From: an uncultured Klebsiella sp.
GTDB taxonomy: Bacteria; Verrucomicrobiota; Verrucomicrobiia; Limisphaerales; SXTU01
Length of the DNA: 64,000 bases
Direction: 5' to 3'
Assembly: GCA_964496695.1 (NCBI GenBank)
Contig: CAZCBE010000002.1
Coordinates: 61,861-125,860, forward strand
The translations under genes were made by a program, and so were the position numbers. Shown piece after piece: positions 60,500-64,000 of this stretch (its first letter is position 1; each line of letters starts with the position of its first letter). The notes under the pieces are model-generated. The model was not told where the DNA came from. It saw only the letters and a program-made list of their open reading frames with translations, and searched no databases.

Positions 60500-61171
60500 T
60501 TGACCGTGTCTGACCCAATTACCCCCACCCCCGAAGCCGCCGCCGAGCAGATTCCTGCCGCCGCCCCCGCCGCCCCCGCGCCGGAGCGGTCTGAACAACG
60601 CGGTGACCGCGGCGGTCGTGGCCGCGGCCCCGGCCGCGGTGGTCCGCGCCGCCGTTCCGACACCGACCAGAACAACGAGAACAGCGAGTTCTGCGAAAAA
60701 GTGCTGTTCATCAATCGTTCCGCCAAGGTCGTGAAGGGTGGCCGCCGGTTCAGCTTCAGCGCGCTCGTCGTCACCGGCGACCGCAAGGGCCGCATCGGCA
60801 TCGGACTGGGCAAGGCCGCCGAAGTTTCCGAAGCCATCAAAAAGGGCGGGGAAGCCTCGAAGCAGAACATGCTCTCCGTGTCCATCATCGGTGCGACGAT
60901 TCCGCACGACGCCTATTGCGCCTTCGACGGCGCGAAGGTGCTGCTGCGTCCGGCTTCGCCCGGCACGGGTTTGATCGCCGGCAAGACGGTCCGGGCCGTG
61001 CTCGAGACTGTTGGCATCAAGGACGTGCTGAGCAAGTCGCTCGGTTCCAAGAACGCCGCGAATGTTGCCAAGGCGACCATCGCCGCCCTCCAAAGCCTCC
61101 GCCTCCGTGAGGATGTTGCCAAGCGTCGCGGCGTTTCGCTCGGCAGCCCCAAGGAAGCGGTCGCAGCCTGA
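60500..61171 (+). CDS. rpsE: 30S ribosomal protein S5 with a ~60-aa Pro/Ala then RGG-rich N-terminal extension
   Basis: 223 aa from TTG 60500 (GTG 60506 also possible). Core ...VLFINRSAKVVKGGRRFSFSALVVTGDRKGRIGIGLGKAAEV... Confidence 0.93.
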   Translation: MTVSDPITPTPEAAAEQIPAAAPAAPAPERSEQRGDRGGRGRGPGRGGPRRRSDTDQNNENSEFCEKVLFINRSAKVVKGGRRFSFSALVVTGDRKGRIGIGLGKAAEVSEAIKKGGEASKQNMLSVSIIGATIPHDAYCAFDGAKVLLRPASPGTGLIAGKTVRAVLETVGIKDVLSKSLGSKNAANVAKATIAALQSLRLREDVAKRRGVSLGSPKEAVAA

Positions 61172-61195
61172 TCCACTCCCAACTTATTTGACATC

Positions 61196-61657
61196 ATGCG
61201 TCTCCACGATTTGAAGCCCCGTCCCGGGGCCAAGCACCGGACCAAGCGTCTCGGCCAGGGCGAATCCAGCGGCCACGGCAAGACCTCGGGTCGCGGTGGC
61301 AAAGGCCAGTCCGCGCGCAGCGGCTCCTCCATGCGCCATGGCTTTGAAGGCGGCCAGATGCCGCTCATCCGCCGCATCCCCAAGCGTGGCTTCAGCAATG
61401 CCCGCTTCGCCACGACCTACATTCCCGTGAATGTCGAGAGCCTGAACGTCTTCGACGACGGTGCCCGGGTGGACGAAGCGCTGCTGCGCAAGAGCGGCTT
61501 GGCTAACGGCAAGTCCAGCGGCGGCATCAAGATCCTCGGCGATGGCAAGCTCACCAAGAAGCTCACCGTGGCGGCCAGTGCCTTCAGTGCTGGCGCCCGG
61601 AAGCAGATTGAGGCGCTGGGCGGGGCGTGCGAAGTGCCGGCTCCCAAGGCGGCCTGA
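61196..61657 (+). CDS. rplO: 50S ribosomal protein L15
   Basis: 153 aa. MRLHDLKPRPGAKHRTKRLGQGESSGHGKTSGRGGKGQ..., FEGGQMPL. Confidence 0.97.
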   Translation: MRLHDLKPRPGAKHRTKRLGQGESSGHGKTSGRGGKGQSARSGSSMRHGFEGGQMPLIRRIPKRGFSNARFATTYIPVNVESLNVFDDGARVDEALLRKSGLANGKSSGGIKILGDGKLTKKLTVAASAFSAGARKQIEALGGACEVPAPKAA

Positions 61658-61677
61658 ACGGCGGCTGACTTCGCCCC

Positions 61678-63078
61678 ATGCTCAAGAACATCGTCAATAC
61701 GTTCGTCAACTGCTTCAAGATTCCGGAGCTGAAGTCGCGTATTTTCTTTACCCTCATCGTTCTGGCCATCTGTCGGCTGGTTTCGATGCTCCCGCTGCCG
61801 GGTCTGGACGGCCAGGCCTTGCAGGCGTTTTTCGATGAAATGTCGAAGAAAGACGGCGGCGGTCTGCTGGGGATGTATTCCATGTTCACCGGTGGCGCGC
61901 TGGAGCGTTGCGGCATCGGGTCACTGGGCATCATGCCCTACATCAGCGCGACGATCATCATCCAGTTGCTCAGCGCGGTCATCCCGCAGTTGAGCAAGCT
62001 CGCCCGGGAAGAGGGCGGGCGGGCCAAGATCATTCAGTATGGCCGGTATTTGACGGTGATTCTGTGCCTCGGTCAGGGCCTGGTCATGGCCATGGCGTGG
62101 GAAAACCCGGAGAAGATTTTTAACGGATTTACCGGCCAGCTCGTGCAGGATCCCGGCTGGGGCTATCGGCTGGAAACGACTCTGCTGCTGACAACCGGCA
62201 CCTTGCTGATGATGTGGTTGGGTGAGCAAATCAGCGAACGCGGCATCGGCAACGGTGTCTCGCTCATCATCACCGTCGGCATTCTCGCCCGGGTGCCGCA
62301 GACCGTCCAGGCGCTGTGGGAAATGTTCTTCCCGCCCGATGGCGTCACGGATTCGGCCCGGTTCAATCTCTTCCACGGCGTTGCGCTCGTGCTCCTGCTG
62401 CTGGCGGTGATCGCCGGGGTCATTGCGGTGACGCAGGCTCAGCGCAAGATCCCGGTGCAATACGCGCAGCGCACGGTGGGGCGGAAGCAGATCCAGGGCG
62501 GCAGTTCGTTCATGCCGCTCAAGGTCAATTACGCGGGTGTCATGCCGATCATCTTCGCCCAGGCGATCCTGATGTTCCCCGAAAAGCTGCTGGGCCTGCT
62601 GGGCCAGCGGTTTGACATCAAATTCCTTGTGGACTTGTCCATGCACTTCCGTGAGGACCAGTGGGTTCACATGACTTTCCTGGCGGCGATGATCTTGTTC
62701 TTCTCCTACTTCTGGGTGGCCACGCAGTTCAACGAAGTGCAGATCGCCGATGACTTGAAGAAGTATGGCGGCTACATCCCCGGCGTCCGTCCCGGTCAGG
62801 CCACCAGTGACTACCTGCACCACACGATGAGCCGCATCACGCTGGCGGGAGCCATCTTCCTGGTCGTCATTGCCATTATTCCTCAGTTCATGACGCGGTC
62901 GTTTGGCATCAACTATTACGTCTCCCAGTTTTTTGGCGGCACGAGCCTCCTGATCACGGTCGGCGTGGTGCTGGACACGATGCGGATGATGGAGTCGCAC
63001 CTGCTGATGCGGCACTACGACGGATTTCTGAGCGGTGGGAAGGGCGGCAAGGGGCCACGCCTGCGCGGGCGGGCCTGA
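61678..63078 (+). CDS. secY: preprotein translocase subunit SecY
   Basis: 466 aa, multi-TM. ...GIMPYISATIIIQLL..., GTLLMMWLGEQISERGIGNGVSLII. Confidence 0.97.
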   Translation: MLKNIVNTFVNCFKIPELKSRIFFTLIVLAICRLVSMLPLPGLDGQALQAFFDEMSKKDGGGLLGMYSMFTGGALERCGIGSLGIMPYISATIIIQLLSAVIPQLSKLAREEGGRAKIIQYGRYLTVILCLGQGLVMAMAWENPEKIFNGFTGQLVQDPGWGYRLETTLLLTTGTLLMMWLGEQISERGIGNGVSLIITVGILARVPQTVQALWEMFFPPDGVTDSARFNLFHGVALVLLLLAVIAGVIAVTQAQRKIPVQYAQRTVGRKQIQGGSSFMPLKVNYAGVMPIIFAQAILMFPEKLLGLLGQRFDIKFLVDLSMHFREDQWVHMTFLAAMILFFSYFWVATQFNEVQIADDLKKYGGYIPGVRPGQATSDYLHHTMSRITLAGAIFLVVIAIIPQFMTRSFGINYYVSQFFGGTSLLITVGVVLDTMRMMESHLLMRHYDGFLSGGKGGKGPRLRGRA

Positions 63079-63079
63079 T

Positions 63080-63727
63080 ATGCGGCGGCGAGTGATATTG
63101 CTCGGCCCGCCGGGGTCGGGCAAGGGAACCATCGCCGCCCGGTTGAAAACTGAATTCGGATTTGAGCACTTCTCGACGGGGCATCTGCTCCGGCAGGAAG
63201 TGGCGAAAGGCTCGGCGGTTGGCCGCCAAGCCGGAATGTTCCTTGAACGTGGCGAATTGGTGCCGGATGAACTGGTCTTGACCTTGGTCGAGGCCGCGCT
63301 GGCCAGGTCAAACCCGCAAACGGGCTATCTATCGGATGGCTTTCCGCGGACGCTGGCCCAGGCCGAGGCGTTTGATGCTTGGGCGGGGCCGCTGGGTTTG
63401 GGCATAGAACGGGTGATCTACTGCGAGAGCAGCGAGGAACTGGTTCTGAGCCGCATCACCGGGCGACGCTCCTGCAGCGACTGCGGCCGGGTCTATCACG
63501 CGACGCTCATTCCGCCGAAGCGGACGGGCTGGTGCGATGACTGTGGCGGCGGGCTGACGCAGCGCGCGGATGATACCGAACCGGTCGTCCGCAAGCGCTT
63601 CCAGATTTACCTGCGCGAGACCGAGCCGCTGGTGGCCTACTACCGGAACCAGGGCAATCTGGCCTTGGTGGATGCGAGTCAGGGGCCGGAGCAGTTGATG
63701 GCAGAGACTTTGGCCGTGTTGCGGTGA
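63080..63727 (+). CDS. adk: adenylate kinase (Cys4 zinc-lid type)
   Basis: Start at ATG 63080. MRRRVILLGPPGSGKGT (P-loop). Lid CSDCGRVYH...CDDCGG. Confidence 0.95.
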   Translation: MRRRVILLGPPGSGKGTIAARLKTEFGFEHFSTGHLLRQEVAKGSAVGRQAGMFLERGELVPDELVLTLVEAALARSNPQTGYLSDGFPRTLAQAEAFDAWAGPLGLGIERVIYCESSEELVLSRITGRRSCSDCGRVYHATLIPPKRTGWCDDCGGGLTQRADDTEPVVRKRFQIYLRETEPLVAYYRNQGNLALVDASQGPEQLMAETLAVLR

Positions 63728-64000
63728 TGATCGTTTACAAGACAGAGCGCGAACTGGAAATCATGCGGGCTGCCGGGGCGATCGCCGCGGTGGTGCTGAA
63801 TGACGTGGGCTCTTTCATACGGCCGGGCGTGACGACGAAAGAAGTGGACGAATTTGCGGCGTCCCGCATCCGGCACTACGGTGCGACCAGTGCGTTTCTC
63901 GGCTACCGGAAGTATCCGTGCAACATCTGCATCTCGGTGAACGACGAAGTGGTGCATGGGCTGGCGGGACCGCGGCGGATACAGTTCGGTGACATCATCA
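63727..64000 (+). CDS. map: methionine aminopeptidase type I, N-terminal part (runs off the window)
   Basis: ATG 63727 overlaps the adk TGA (TGATG). My own translation: MIVYKTERELEIMRAAGAIAAVVLNDVGSFIRPGVTTKEVDEFAA...FLGYRKYPCNICISVNDEVVHGLAGPRRIQFGDII. Confidence 0.85.
   Translation, partial: MIVYKTERELEIMRAAGAIAAVVLNDVGSFIRPGVTTKEVDEFAASRIRHYGATSAFLGYRKYPCNICISVNDEVVHGLAGPRRIQFGDII

Overview
High-GC (about 60-62% by eye) window whose gene content points to the PVC superphylum, most likely Verrucomicrobiota or Planctomycetota. That call rests on the DUF1501/1552/1553/1592 proteins, the TIGR03067 proteins and the characteristic intergenic repeat families. 1-26 kb holds secreted glycan-processing enzymes. 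It also holds three cassettes, each pairing a giant CxxCH protein with a Tat-exported sulfatase-fold partner (DUF1553>DUF1501, and 2x DUF1592-type>DUF1552). The first cassette is split by a VapBC toxin-antitoxin pair. 26-33.7 kb starts with a class-III aminotransferase, followed by an accessory, decaying defence patch. The patch contains a 162-bp MITE-like element with TIRs and a TSD, and an orphan R-M controller (C) protein with a GACTnnnAGTC C-box abutting its ATG. It also contains a Dcm methyltransferase reduced to its motif-I stub, a convergent HNH nuclease paired with an unknown acidic protein, and a vsr gene carrying an in-frame repeat insertion. A GNAT gene and more than 1 kb of nested palindromic repeats follow. 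33.7-64 kb is the ribosomal superoperon: tRNA-Thr, tuf, tRNA-Trp, tRNA-Ser, secE, nusG, rplKAJL, rpoBC, rpsLG, fusA, then the S10 and spc operons, secY, adk and map (partial). A 2.4-kb lower-GC insertion between fusA and rpsJ interrupts it. That insertion carries a small GNAT-like ORF and a DpnI-family methyl-dependent restriction gene inactivated by one amber codon. The most interesting signals are the two eroded restriction loci, the HNH/acidic-protein pair, short palindromic repeats inserted in frame into coding sequences, and candidate leader/attenuator RNAs upstream of tRNA-Thr/tuf and rpsJ. All family assignments come from motif recognition by eye; no searches were run.
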